Assembly (NCBI GenBank): GCA_965224465.1
Contig: OZ245049.1
Span: forward strand, 5,010,001 to 5,042,000
Source of the DNA: Flavobacteriaceae bacterium
Lineage (GTDB): Bacteria > Bacteroidota > Bacteroidia > Flavobacteriales > Flavobacteriaceae
Direction: 5' to 3'
DNA length: 32,000 nucleotides
Part shown: positions 22,486 through 32,000 of the stretch, piece by piece
How the letters are laid out: each line of letters starts with the position of its first letter
Numbering within the stretch: position 1 is the first letter of the stretch
Translations under genes and position numbers: made by a program
The notes under the pieces: model-generated
Seen by the model: the letters and a program-made list of their open reading frames with translations, nothing else
Told to the model about the DNA's origin: nothing
The model's database searches: none

Positions 22486-25026
22486 TTATTCTTTGGTAGT
22501 CTCTTTGTTTTTTTCAATTCTGATGGTCAATTCTTTAGAATCAGGATTCAAATCCATGTAGATACTGTCTCCTTCAGAAAGTGTAGAGTTTACAATTTCT
22601 TCAGCGAGTGCATCTTCAATGTATTTTTGAATGGCTCTTTTTAAAGGTCTGGCACCGTATTGTTTATCAAAACCTTTGTCAGCAATATAATCTTTGGCAT
22701 CCTTTGATAGGTGTAAAGTGTATCCAATACCTTCAATACGTTTCAATAATTTTGCCAATTCAATATCTATAATTTTGTGAATATCGTCACGGTCTAGTGT
22801 ATTGAAAATAATAACATCATCTATTCTGTTCAGGAATTCAGGAGCAAAAGTCTTTTTTAAGGCACCTTCTATGATGCTTTTTGCATTGGCATCTGCTTGC
22901 GCAACCTTTGATAAAGTTCCAAAACCAACTCCAGCACCAAAATCTTTTAGTTGTCTAGAACCAATATTTGACGTCATGATGATAATCGTATTTCTGAAAT
23001 CAATTTTTCTACCTAAACTGTCTGTAATATATCCATCATCTAAAATTTGAAGGAGCATATTAAACACATCAGGATGTGCTTTTTCTATTTCATCTAATAA
23101 AACAACTGCATAAGGTTTACGTCTAATTTTTTCGGTCAATTGTCCACCTTCTTCATAACCTACATATCCTGGAGGAGCTCCTATCAACCTTGAAATCGCA
23201 AATTTCTCCATGTATTCGCTCATGTCAATTCTAACCAGGGCATCTTCGCTATCAAAAAGTACGGTGGCTAATATTTTTGCTAATTGGGTTTTACCTACAC
23301 CTGTTTGACCTAAGAAGATAAAGGATCCAATAGGTTTGTTCGGGTCTTTTAATCCAACGCGATTTCTTTGAATAGCTTTCACTACTTTTTGTACTGCTTC
23401 ATCTTGTCCTATAATTTTACCTTTAATTAAGTCAGGCAAATCATGCAAGCGTTTACTTTCTGCCTCTGCCACACGATTCACAGGAATACCTGTCATCATA
23501 GAAACTACTTCTGCCACATTGTCTTCTGTGACTACTTGCCTGTTTAGATTAGAATCTTCCTCCCATTTTTGTTGGGCAATAGCCAAGGCGCTTTCAATGC
23601 TTTTTTCATCATCTCTAAGTTTAGCTGCTTCTTCGTATTTTTGAGTATTTACAGCATTTGTTTTGGATTCTCGTACCGTTTCTAATTTTGCTTCAAGTTC
23701 CAATACATCTTTAGGTACTACAATATTTGTAATATGGATGCGTGATCCTGCTTCGTCTAAAGCGTCAATGGCTTTGTCAGGTAAGAAACGATCTGTCATA
23801 TAGCGACTTGATAATTTCACACAAGCTTCTATAGCATTGTCGGTATAGGTTACACGGTGATGTTCTTCATATTTATCTTTTATATTGTGAAGTATTTCAA
23901 TCGTCTCTTCGATTGATGTAGGCTCTACAATCACCTTTTGAAAACGTCTTTCTAGAGCGCCATCTTTTTCTATATTAGTCCTGAATTCATCGAGGGTTGT
24001 TGCTCCGATACATTGGATTTCTCCTCTTGCCAAAGCGGGCTTTAACATGTTAGAGGCATCTAAAGATCCTGTAGCACCACCAGCACCAACAATAGTGTGA
24101 ATTTCATCGATAAATAAAATGATTTCTTCATTCTTTTCCAATTCGTTCATCAAGGCTTTCATGCGCTCTTCAAACTGTCCACGGTATTTAGTTCCAGCTA
24201 CTAAACTGGCTAAATCCAAGGATATAATTCTTTTATCAAAAAGTATTCGAGACACTTTCCTTTGTACAATACGCAAAGCTAAACCTTCTGCAATGGCAGA
24301 TTTCCCAACCCCTGGTTCCCCAATTAACATTGGGTTGTTTTTTTTTCGTCTGCTCAGAATCTGAGAGACTCTTTCTATTTCTTTTTGTCTCCCTACAACA
24401 GGGTCTAATTTGCCTTCTTCTGCAAGGAGTGTTAAGTCTCTACCGAAATTATCTAAAACGGGGGTTTTTGATTTCTTTTGTGTTGTTTTTCCTCCTTTTG
24501 CTGGTTCAAAAGGATTCGATTTAGGGCTGTCAAAATCATCATCAGAAGTTCCTTGTGCTAGGGGCGTCTGTGGGCTGTCACCATCCATGTAATAATTCAT
24601 AAATATTTTTTTTAATTCATAGTAACTCACGTCAAAATTATTAAATATTTTCGTGATAGGATCATTATCATTTCTCAGAATACACAGTAGTAAATGCCCC
24701 GTATTTATGGAGTCACTTTGGTATAGTTTTGCTTCAAGAAATGATGTTTTTAAGGCCTTTTCAGCTTGTCTAGTTAAGTGGACACTTTTCTTTTGTGTAC
24801 TAAGTTCATGCAAAAGGTTAGGAGGACTTAAGGTCTCTACTTTTTGCTTGAGTAATTCTAGGTTGATGTTAATTGCATTCATTAAATCAATCGCTTTACC
24901 AGATCCTCCTCTAAGAATTCCTAGCATTAAATGTTCGGTACCGATAAAATCGTGACCCAACCGCTGTGCTTCTTTTTTACTGAAAGCAATGACATCTTTT
25001 ACTTTTGGAGAAAAATTATCGTCCAT
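22486..25026 (-). CDS. clpC: ATP-dependent Clp protease ATP-binding subunit, ClpC type
   Basis: Two Clp_N repeats ([13 protein letters not shown]; [11 protein letters not shown]), two AAA+ modules ([10 protein letters not shown]; [12 protein letters not shown]), a UVR-like linker ([14 protein letters not shown]) and a ClpP-docking-type loop (GAGVGFG). 846 aa. Confidence 0.88.
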   Translation of the reverse strand: MDDNFSPKVKDVIAFSKKEAQRLGHDFIGTEHLMLGILRGGSGKAIDLMNAININLELLKQKVETLSPPNLLHELSTQKKSVHLTRQAEKALKTSFLEAKLYQSDSINTGHLLLCILRNDNDPITKIFNNFDVSYYELKKIFMNYYMDGDSPQTPLAQGTSDDDFDSPKSNPFEPAKGGKTTQKKSKTPVLDNFGRDLTLLAEEGKLDPVVGRQKEIERVSQILSRRKKNNPMLIGEPGVGKSAIAEGLALRIVQRKVSRILFDKRIISLDLASLVAGTKYRGQFEERMKALMNELEKNEEIILFIDEIHTIVGAGGATGSLDASNMLKPALARGEIQCIGATTLDEFRTNIEKDGALERRFQKVIVEPTSIEETIEILHNIKDKYEEHHRVTYTDNAIEACVKLSSRYMTDRFLPDKAIDALDEAGSRIHITNIVVPKDVLELEAKLETVRESKTNAVNTQKYEEAAKLRDDEKSIESALAIAQQKWEEDSNLNRQVVTEDNVAEVVSMMTGIPVNRVAEAESKRLHDLPDLIKGKIIGQDEAVQKVVKAIQRNRVGLKDPNKPIGSFIFLGQTGVGKTQLAKILATVLFDSEDALVRIDMSEYMEKFAISRLIGAPPGYVGYEEGGQLTEKIRRKPYAVVLLDEIEKAHPDVFNMLLQILDDGYITDSLGRKIDFRNTIIIMTSNIGSRQLKDFGAGVGFGTLSKVAQADANAKSIIEGALKKTFAPEFLNRIDDVIIFNTLDRDDIHKIIDIELAKLLKRIEGIGYTLHLSKDAKDYIADKGFDKQYGARPLKRAIQKYIEDALAEEIVNSTLSEGDSIYMDLNPDSKELTIRIEKNKETTKE

Positions 25027-25281
25027 ATTTCAATTTTTGTAGTAAAGTTAGTAGATTTTTTTTGTTAAACGTACAAAAAGTGAACCACATTTTATAATTA
25101 AATAGTTGAATTTTGAAAATACTTTTAAATAGCGTTGATTTTCAACAGGTTAATTTCCTTATATAACGTATGTGTTTTGTTGATAACTCCCTTTGAAATG
25201 AATGCTCTTTTTTTAGTGTAAAACATGCAAAAATTGTATATTGCTAGTTGTTAAAAAGGCAAAAAAATAAATCAAAAATTT

Positions 25282-27801
25282 ATGGCAAACGGAGAGAAAA
25301 TAATTCCTATTAACATAGAAGATGAAATGAAATCAGCTTACATTGATTATTCAATGTCGGTTATTGTTTCTCGTGCATTACCAGATGTTAGAGATGGTTT
25401 AAAACCTGTACATCGCCGGGTATTATTCGGAATGCATGAATTGGGAATTAAAGCTACAGGAACCTATAAGAAATCTGCGAGAGTTGTAGGGGAAGTACTG
25501 GGAAAGTATCATCCACATGGTGATACATCGGTATATGACGCGATGGTACGTATGGCTCAGGAATGGAGTATGCGTTATAGAATGGTTGATGGTCAAGGGA
25601 ATTTCGGATCAGTAGATGGAGATAGCCCAGCAGCAATGCGTTATACAGAGGTTAGAATGCAAAAAGTGTCAGAAGAAATGCTTTCTGATATTGAAAAAGA
25701 TACAGTGGATCATAAGTTGAATTTTGATGATACCTTAAAGGAACCTACCGTATTACCAACACGTATTCCTACGTTGTTAGTAAATGGTGCTTCTGGAATT
25801 GCGGTTGGAATGGCCACCAATATGGCACCCCACAATTTAACAGAAGTGATCAATGGTATCATGGCATACATAGATAACAACGATATTGAGATTTCTGAAT
25901 TAATGGATCATATAAAAGCACCAGATTTTCCTACCGGAGGTACCATTTATGGGTATGACGGAGTAAAAGATGCTTTTGAGACTGGACGTGGACGAATTGT
26001 GATGCGTGCAAAAGCTGTGATTGAGGAAGTTAAAGGTCGGGAATGTATTATTGTGACAGAAATTCCTTATCAAGTGAATAAGGCAGACATGATTAAGAAA
26101 ACTGCCGAACTTGTAAATGATAAAAAAATTGAGGGTATTTCTAATATTCGCGATGAGTCTGACAGACGAGGAATGCGAATTGTGTATATTTTAAAACGTG
26201 ATGCAATTCCTAATATTGTATTGAATAAGTTGTATAAATACACCGCTTTACAAACATCATTTAGTGTTAATAATATATGTTTGGTTAATGGCCGTCCAGA
26301 ATTATTGAACCTAAAACAAATGATTCATTATTTTGTTGAGCACCGCCATGATGTAGTGATACGTAGAACGCAATTTGAACTTAGAAAAGCAGAAGCAAGA
26401 GCTCATATATTAGAAGGATTAATTATCGCAAGTGATAATATAGACGAAGTAATTAGAATTATTCGCGCTTCAAAAAATCCAGATGAAGCACGTGCTAATT
26501 TGGAAAAACGTTTTGAATTATCAGAAATTCAAGCCAAAGCAATTGTAGAAATGCGTTTGCGTCAATTGACGGGACTGGAGCAAGATAAATTACGTGCTGA
26601 GTATGACGAAATCATGATTTTAATTATCGATTTAAAAGATATTCTAGCAAATGAAGAACGTAGGTTTAATATTATCAAAGACGAATTAACAACCATTCGT
26701 GATAAATATGGAGATGAGCGACGTTCTGTAATTGAGTATGCAGGAGGAAGTATGAGTATTGAGGATATGATTCCTAATTCTAAAGTTGTAGTAACAATAT
26801 CTCATGCAGGATATGTAAAACGCACCAATTTAGAAGAATATAAAGTTCAAAATAGAGGAGGACGTGGTCAAAAAGGAGTGAGTACTAGAAATGAAGATTT
26901 CTTAGAGCATTTATTTGTTGGTACCAACCACCAATATATGCTGTTCTTTACTCAAAAAGGAAAAGTGTTTTGGATGCGTGTATATGAAATTCCTGAAGGA
27001 GGAAAAGTTTCTAAAGGACGTGCAATTCAGAACTTAATTAATATTGAACAAGACGATAAAGTAAAAGCATTTTTGGTAACCGAAGATTTGAAAAATGAAG
27101 ACTATATTAATAGTCATTATATCATTATGGCGACTAAAAGGGGACAGGTTAAAAAAACCTTATTGGAACAATATTCTCGTCCAAGAACCAATGGAATTAC
27201 CGCGATTACTATAAAAGAAGGTGATGAATTATTGGAAGCTAAATTAACAACAGGAGATAGCCAAGTAATGTTGGCATTAAAATCTGGGAAATCTATCCGT
27301 TTTGAAGAAAGTAAAACGAGACCTATGGGACGTAGTGCTTCGGGTGTGAGAGGAATTTCTATACCAAAAGAAAATGATGAAGTAATTGGAATGATTGCTG
27401 TAAACGATGTTGCAAGTGAAATACTTGTAGTCTCTGAAAAAGGATATGGAAAGCGCTCTAGTTTAGATGATTATAGAATTACAAACCGTGGAGGTAAAGG
27501 TGTTAAAACCATAAATGTTACCGATAAAACGGGAGGATTAGTTGCTATTAAAAATGTTACAGATGATGATGATTTAATGATTATCAATAAATCTGGAATT
27601 ACAATACGATTGGCAGTCAAAAATTTAAGAATTATGGGTAGAGCTACGCAAGGTGTGAAACTTATAGATATTAAAGGGAAGGATTCTATTGCTGCGGTTG
27701 CAAAGGTTATGCATGAAGAAGAAGAGGAAGTGTTAGATGAAAATGATAATGGCATGGATATTGAAAATACATCATCAGAAGAGAACGATAATCAAGAATA
27801 A
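25282..27801 (+). CDS. gyrA: DNA gyrase subunit A
   Basis: [54 protein letters not shown] (active-site Tyr) and C-terminal beta-pinwheel repeats. 839 aa with an acidic tail. Confidence 0.97.
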   Translation: MANGEKIIPINIEDEMKSAYIDYSMSVIVSRALPDVRDGLKPVHRRVLFGMHELGIKATGTYKKSARVVGEVLGKYHPHGDTSVYDAMVRMAQEWSMRYRMVDGQGNFGSVDGDSPAAMRYTEVRMQKVSEEMLSDIEKDTVDHKLNFDDTLKEPTVLPTRIPTLLVNGASGIAVGMATNMAPHNLTEVINGIMAYIDNNDIEISELMDHIKAPDFPTGGTIYGYDGVKDAFETGRGRIVMRAKAVIEEVKGRECIIVTEIPYQVNKADMIKKTAELVNDKKIEGISNIRDESDRRGMRIVYILKRDAIPNIVLNKLYKYTALQTSFSVNNICLVNGRPELLNLKQMIHYFVEHRHDVVIRRTQFELRKAEARAHILEGLIIASDNIDEVIRIIRASKNPDEARANLEKRFELSEIQAKAIVEMRLRQLTGLEQDKLRAEYDEIMILIIDLKDILANEERRFNIIKDELTTIRDKYGDERRSVIEYAGGSMSIEDMIPNSKVVVTISHAGYVKRTNLEEYKVQNRGGRGQKGVSTRNEDFLEHLFVGTNHQYMLFFTQKGKVFWMRVYEIPEGGKVSKGRAIQNLINIEQDDKVKAFLVTEDLKNEDYINSHYIIMATKRGQVKKTLLEQYSRPRTNGITAITIKEGDELLEAKLTTGDSQVMLALKSGKSIRFEESKTRPMGRSASGVRGISIPKENDEVIGMIAVNDVASEILVVSEKGYGKRSSLDDYRITNRGGKGVKTINVTDKTGGLVAIKNVTDDDDLMIINKSGITIRLAVKNLRIMGRATQGVKLIDIKGKDSIAAVAKVMHEEEEEVLDENDNGMDIENTSSEENDNQE

Positions 27802-27819
27802 ACAATCAATATATAAACA

Positions 27820-29067
27820 ATGAGAAAACAATTTATAATAGTGTCTGCCTTATTCGTAGGGATGGCAGTGTCAGCACAAAAAAACGAGATCAAAACTGCA
27901 GCAAAAGCAGTGAAGTCTAACGATTATCCAGCTGCTTTGGCTGCATTATCTCAGGCAGAAGGTCTTATTAATGATAAGAATGCTAAAAAATACAAAGCAA
28001 AGTTTTTATACCTAAAAGCTATGTCTGTATATGCTAATGGTGCAGGAAAAGATAATGCAAGTATAGGAAAAGCATTTAACGAGTTAATTGATTACGAACA
28101 AACAAAAGGAAAACAAAAATACTCTACTGAAATAGGTGGTTTGCTAAATACCTTGATAAATAAGGTTGCGGGTAAATCTTCTGATTTATACAACCAAGCT
28201 ATTGCATCTAAGGATTTAGGGACGTTTAAGTCTGCAGCTGATGGATTTAAAGAGGTTTTTGCGCTAAGCCCAAAAGATACTGCCTTTGTTGAAAATGCAG
28301 GAATGGCTTATTTTGCTGCTAAGGAGTACGATAAATCTATGGAGGTGTATAGATCTCTATTAGATATGGGGTATACCGGTATCAAAACAGAGTATAAAGC
28401 TAAAGACAAAGAAACAGGTAAAGTTCAGTACTTTAACGATGAAAAATCAATGAAATTCCAAGTGAAACTAGGAATGGTTATTGAACCAGAAACTGTGTTA
28501 AAAGAGTCTCGTAAATCTAATATCTTAACAAGAATAGCTAAAATTTATATTGCTAAAGGTGACAACGATAATGCATTGGTTGCTATTGAAGAAGCAAGAG
28601 TCGCAAATCCAAAAGATTATAGTTTATTAATAGACGAAGCAAATGTGTATTATCATAAAGGAAATACACAAAAATTCAAAGAGAAACTAGAGGAAGCTAT
28701 TACTATTAATCCTACAGATCCTACGTTGTATTACAATGTTGGTGTGATGAATTTAGATCAAAAAAATGTAGCAGACGCTATTCGTAACTTCAAAAAAGCA
28801 ATTGAGCTTAAGCCAGATTATGGTGATGCATACAATAATATTGGTGCTGCTTTGTTGCAAAAAGCGGAGCCTGTAATTGAAGAGATGAATAAAAATTCTA
28901 TGAATTTTGATAAGTATGATGCTATCAAAATAAATAAATTAGACCCTATTTATAAAGAAGCGCTTCCTTTTTATGAAAAAGCTTACGAGCTTGGTAAAAC
29001 GGATGCAATCAAGGCTACCTTAAACGGTATCTACGAAAACTTAGAAATGGAGAAAAGAGTTGAGTAA
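27820..29067 (+). CDS. secreted tetratricopeptide-repeat protein
   Basis: Signal peptide MRKQFIIVSALFVGMAVSAQ|K. Repeated TPR-like A..Y/F...A helices (for example AIRNFKKAIELKPDYGDAYNNIGAAL). 415 aa. Confidence 0.75.
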   Translation: MRKQFIIVSALFVGMAVSAQKNEIKTAAKAVKSNDYPAALAALSQAEGLINDKNAKKYKAKFLYLKAMSVYANGAGKDNASIGKAFNELIDYEQTKGKQKYSTEIGGLLNTLINKVAGKSSDLYNQAIASKDLGTFKSAADGFKEVFALSPKDTAFVENAGMAYFAAKEYDKSMEVYRSLLDMGYTGIKTEYKAKDKETGKVQYFNDEKSMKFQVKLGMVIEPETVLKESRKSNILTRIAKIYIAKGDNDNALVAIEEARVANPKDYSLLIDEANVYYHKGNTQKFKEKLEEAITINPTDPTLYYNVGVMNLDQKNVADAIRNFKKAIELKPDYGDAYNNIGAALLQKAEPVIEEMNKNSMNFDKYDAIKINKLDPIYKEALPFYEKAYELGKTDAIKATLNGIYENLEMEKRVE

Positions 29068-29089
29068 GCTTTTTAATTTATAATCGTAT

Positions 29090-29120
29090 AAAGACCCGCA
29101 AATTTTGCGGGTCTTTTTTG
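29090..29120 (+). terminator. rho-independent terminator after the TPR gene
   Basis: agacccgcaaa/tttgcgggtct palindrome (29092-29113), followed by a T-run (29113-29119). Confidence 0.8.
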
Positions 29121-29225
29121 TTTAAAGTTTTAGTTTTCCCTGATTGGTATAAATAAAAGAGTCTATTTTTTCTAATTCCTTATTATTCTTACCTCTTCTC
29201 TAATTAAGTTACTCGTAATTGTTGC

Positions 29226-29564
29226 CTATATGCTTAGAATGCCATAACCAATCGCTTTAGGTGTAGCCACAACATCACTTGGGTCAGGTGTTACTACATC
29301 TGTTCCTGCCGTAGCTAGTTTAAGGGTAAGTCCAATAACAGCAACAATATTTCCTGTTTTCGGAAAATCTATCTCATCTTCAGTAACTTTAAGATATTAC
29401 TTCATTCAATGAAACAGTTACATCAGAATCAGTTACTGTGCCTCCTACATTGAATGCAAAGATATCTCCATTTTGGTGTTTAGTAGTAATTAATTCAGGA
29501 GTATATTTACCTTCTATTCCTTTTTTACCCAAGTCAGCTTGACTTTTGATACTTTTATCATATT
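29226..29564 (-). pseudogene. distal part of a toxin tip belonging to the minus-strand RHS remnant; frameshifted
   Basis: Minus strand: (K)YDKSIKSQADLGKKGIEGKYTPELITTKHQNGDIFAFNVGGTVTDSDVTVSLNEVIS*. The adjacent frame (one-nt offset) continues KVTEDEIDFPKTGNIVAVIGLTLKLATAGTDVVTPDPSDVVATPKAIGYGILSI*. The first 11-12 codons of listed ORF 29389..29598 are encoded by the IS end. No immunity gene follows. Confidence 0.5.
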
Positions 29565-31309
29565 TAATTAGGGTTTGCTGATTTTCAACTAAACACAACT
29601 TACATATTTGATTATCAGAATATTAACTTGTATTTTGTGCTTTATTTTTTTTGATAAGTGCGTATGTTTTCGTATCTTTAGGTAATAAACTTGTGCACTT
29701 ATGGTAAAATATACGCCTTCAAATCAGTTAACTTTATTAGGATTCTCTCATCCATTTGATCAGGAATTATCAAAAGAAAATCGTTGGGTAAAATTAGCTA
29801 AAGTGATCCCTTGGGATGCTTTAGCATCTGTATATTCAAAAGAGCTTAATTCTAGCTCTGGTAGAGAGAGTATAGATGTTCGTATGGTTATTGGTGCACT
29901 AATTGTAAAACATAAATTAAATTTAGATGACAGGGGAACTGTTGCTATGATTAGTGAAAACATCTATCTTCAATATTTTTGTGGTTTGAGAAATTTCCAA
30001 ACAAAACCACCCTTCCATCCTACAGTTTTTGTTGATATTCGTAAGCGAATGGGTGCAAGTAATTTTGAAGCATGGAATGCACTTGTTATAGAAAGAGCAG
30101 ATGAATTAAAACCTGATAAAAAGAAGAACATTAGTAAAAATAAGAATGATACTTCTCAAAACAAAGGCACACTAAAAATTGATGCCACCGTAGCGAATCA
30201 GAAAATAGCATTTCCTACTGATGCAGGATTGTTAAATGGAGCAAGAAAAGAGAGTGAGCGGATTATTGATTTATTATACAAAGAAGCTGGTTTGGATAAA
30301 AAGCCACGTGATTACCGTAGAATAGCTAGGACAGAATACTTAAACTTTTCAAAAAACAGAAGAAAGTCGCAAAAAGTAATTCGTAAATTTATTCGAAAAC
30401 AGTTAGGTTATTTAAAACGTAATATCAGTTATATCGAATCACTTTTAGATCAGATCGAAGCTCAAAGAAAACAAGGACAATCAGTAGGAGTATTTCCCGA
30501 TTTAAAAGATGCTTATCCATTTAGGTTTCCAATTTCTAAACGAGATCAGAAAATATACTGGGTTGTACAACTTCTTTATGAGCAACAGCAATTCATGTAT
30601 GATCAAAAAGTACATAGCGTAAAAGACAGAGTTGTTAATATCTATCAGCCTTACGTACGTCCCATAGCAAGAGGAAAAGACAATGCAAGAACAGAGTTTG
30701 GCGCAAAAATAAGCGGAAGCGAAGTAGACGGAATGAGTCGTGTAGAACACATCAGTTGGGATAATTTTAATGAATCCATAGACTTAGAACTCCAGATAGA
30801 AACCTACAAAACTACCTTTGGTAATTATCCAGAATTGTTATTGGCAGATCGTATTTATCTGAATAGAAAGAACAGGAAGTGGCTTAAAGAAAGAGAGATT
30901 CGTATTGTAGGAAAACCTTTAGGGCGTCCACCAAAACAAGAGCTCAATGCGTATCAGAGACGAAAACTAAAGAAAGAGCGAAACCAAAGAAATCTAATCG
31001 AAGGAAAATTTGGGCAAGCTAAAAATGGATACGGACTAAGCAATATAAAAGCCAAAACAAACGACACCTCACAAAGCTGGATTGGTGCAATTTTCTTTGT
31101 AATGAATCTAGTAACTTTATTAAAAATAGCAGATCTATATGCTATTTTTTATGCCTTTTTTAAAAAAGGAATAAAAATAGTATTTGTTCAAAAAATGAAT
31201 CAAATAAGTTCTTCTGTTTTTTTAATAGAAGTGGTTATTATCATGAAAATAGATATATATCTAATCTGAAGTTTAGTTAATCGCTTATAAAATCAGCAAG
31301 CCCTAATTA
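29565..31309 (+). mobile_element. IS5/IS1182-like insertion sequence (about 1745 bp; ends +/-2 nt)
   Basis: Terminal inverted repeats: 29565-29585 taattagggtttgctgatttt versus the reverse complement of 31289-31309 taattagggcttgctgatttt (20/21). Both arms are followed further inward by aactaaac. One long transposase ORF. No target duplication recognisable. Confidence 0.8.
29701..31269 (+). CDS. DDE transposase, IS5 family / IS1182-like group
   Basis: N-terminal block QLTLLGFSHPFDQELSKENRWVKLAKVIPWDAL...IDVRMVIGALIVKH (InsH-N/DUF772-like). C-terminal block RNLIEGKFGQAKNGYGLSNIKAKTNDTSQSWIGAIFFVMNL, typical of IS5-type DDE transposases. 522 aa. Confidence 0.85.
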   Translation: MVKYTPSNQLTLLGFSHPFDQELSKENRWVKLAKVIPWDALASVYSKELNSSSGRESIDVRMVIGALIVKHKLNLDDRGTVAMISENIYLQYFCGLRNFQTKPPFHPTVFVDIRKRMGASNFEAWNALVIERADELKPDKKKNISKNKNDTSQNKGTLKIDATVANQKIAFPTDAGLLNGARKESERIIDLLYKEAGLDKKPRDYRRIARTEYLNFSKNRRKSQKVIRKFIRKQLGYLKRNISYIESLLDQIEAQRKQGQSVGVFPDLKDAYPFRFPISKRDQKIYWVVQLLYEQQQFMYDQKVHSVKDRVVNIYQPYVRPIARGKDNARTEFGAKISGSEVDGMSRVEHISWDNFNESIDLELQIETYKTTFGNYPELLLADRIYLNRKNRKWLKEREIRIVGKPLGRPPKQELNAYQRRKLKKERNQRNLIEGKFGQAKNGYGLSNIKAKTNDTSQSWIGAIFFVMNLVTLLKIADLYAIFYAFFKKGIKIVFVQKMNQISSSVFLIEVVIIMKIDIYLI

Positions 31310-31477
31310 CTCCACCCATTTGTATTTTCTATATAAATCAACAGCTTTCATTCTGTCAGTCTCAATAAAATAAATAGGATTATCAGAGGTATAATTAGAA
31401 GGTGAGTGCCTGCGAATTTGTTCTGCCAACTGGTCAATATTCATCCATCTAGCAATTGCAGGGTGATAATTCCTTGC
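31310..31477 (-). pseudogene. RHS core-end remnant on the minus strand, preceded by an in-frame TAA and cut off by the IS
   Basis: Minus strand: (YGF-TAA-)ARNYHPAIARWMNIDQLAEQIRRHSPSNYTSDNPIYFIETDRMKAVDLYRKYKWVE. It is co-linear with cassette 1 [49 protein letters not shown] (31/49 aa and 109/147 nt by hand). It ends exactly at the IS boundary. Confidence 0.8.
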
Positions 31478-31806
31478 TTAAAAACCATAGGTCTTATAGA
31501 TAGTTTTATACTCTTCTGACCTTAAATAGAAAAAATTTTATTCAAATAAGTCCAGCTTTCTATTGGCTATGATGGTTTTATTTGTCCCACCGATTATGGT
31601 CAACTTTTGCCATTTGGTTTTGGGGTAAAAAATAACTACAGTTCAATTAATACCACTTTAAAAGATCAAGTTCAACTAAATTGTTGCCTAAAACGCAACA
31701 TGGCTAATGCACTTGATCCGATGGATTTAAAACAAATGAGTCTAAACGCCTACTAAGCTACTTAAGATTCCTAGTGCAACGTCCAATAATAATAATAAAG
31801 GTTTTT

Positions 31807-31824
31807 AGGGACATTTTTGTCCCT
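31807..31824. terminator. hairpin downstream of the partial minus-strand gene (weak terminator candidate)
   Basis: agggac-attttt-gtccct. The T-rich tail is on the plus strand only (ttgttt). It lies 5 nt from the minus-strand stop at 31829-31831. Confidence 0.3.
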
Positions 31825-31828
31825 TTGT

Positions 31829-32000
31829 TTATTGGGGAATTTTTAAATAGTATTTTTTATGAGAAGCATTGTTTAATTTGTTTTGTTTTAACCACGGATT
31901 TAATAGTTTTAATTCTTTGTAGTTGGTGCCTAGAGATTTAGCGTATTTAGCAATGTTTGGAATGCTTGAATTTACTTCTACAATTTGACTAGGGGATAGT
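31829..32000 (-). CDS. 3' end of a gene entering from the right edge; resembles the C-terminus of Bacteroidota lytic-transglycosylase-like proteins (tentative)
   Basis: The minus-strand frame is open from the window edge: LSPSQIVEVNSSIPNIAKYAKSLGTNYKELKLLNPWLKQNKLNNASHKKYYLKIPQ*. The family assignment is from memory only. Confidence 0.35.
   Translation of the reverse strand, partial: LSPSQIVEVNSSIPNIAKYAKSLGTNYKELKLLNPWLKQNKLNNASHKKYYLKIPQ

Noticed and set aside
21428-27755. ORFs antisense to the GT2, clpC and gyrA genes (21428..21637, 22444..22644, 22802..23050, 24119..24364, 24330..24524, 24410..24592, 24653..24955, 25454..25636, 27471..27755)
   Set aside because: They are shadow frames of strongly supported genes. 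22444..22644 also runs through the clpC terminator.
29760-30750. Minus-strand ORFs 29760..29963 and 30502..30750 inside the IS5-like transposase gene
   Set aside because: They are antisense shadows.
31541-31800. More RHS core sequence on the minus strand upstream of 31477 (for example FYPKTKW versus YYPFGLK)
   Set aside because: All three frames are full of stops and similarity is marginal. Only 31310-31477 is convincing.
1-32000. tRNA, rRNA, riboswitch or other structured RNA genes
   Set aside because: I saw no tRNA-like T-arm or acceptor signatures and no rRNA-like conserved blocks while reading the intergenic regions. This is a by-eye negative. tRNAscan and an Rfam scan should confirm it.

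Overview
AT-rich chromosome segment whose gene content and order look like Bacteroidota, class Flavobacteriia. This assignment rests on my reading of the proteins, not on a search. The middle of the window (about 10.3-29.1 kb) is an ordinary, tightly packed housekeeping block: split 5'-nucleotidase, dapA, ferritin, bamD, an rpoZ-like gene, coaBC, a DUF4835/PorD-like gene, recN, fabI, a GT2 glycosyltransferase, clpC, gyrA and a TPR protein. Both flanks are decayed accessory DNA built around RHS-type polymorphic toxin loci on opposite strands. The left flank (1-10.3 kb) holds a same-strand series of 5'-truncated (orphan) RHS toxin-tip plus lipoprotein-immunity modules. These are separated by a conserved junction repeat that contains a terminator. 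Two of the tips share an E...HxH...SSD signature resembling JAB/MPN. The series is interrupted by a three-level nest: an IS66-family element sits inside an IS256-family transposase gene, and that IS256 element sits inside an XRE-family regulator gene. The IS66 level shows a perfect 8-bp target duplication. Nearby are a diadenylate-cyclase-like (DAC) gene remnant, a decayed toxin-antitoxin pair and a RayT-like transposase stub. The right flank (29.2-31.5 kb) is another RHS core-end plus tip remnant on the minus strand, split by an IS5/IS1182-like element. A second short repeat family (R2) occurs three times in intergenic DNA and brackets one uncharacterised gene. I saw no rRNA, tRNA or CRISPR array. 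The most unusual content is the orphan toxin/immunity reservoir with JAB-like tips and lipoprotein immunity, plus the DAC-like remnant. All functional calls come from motif reading by eye and need HMM or BLAST confirmation.
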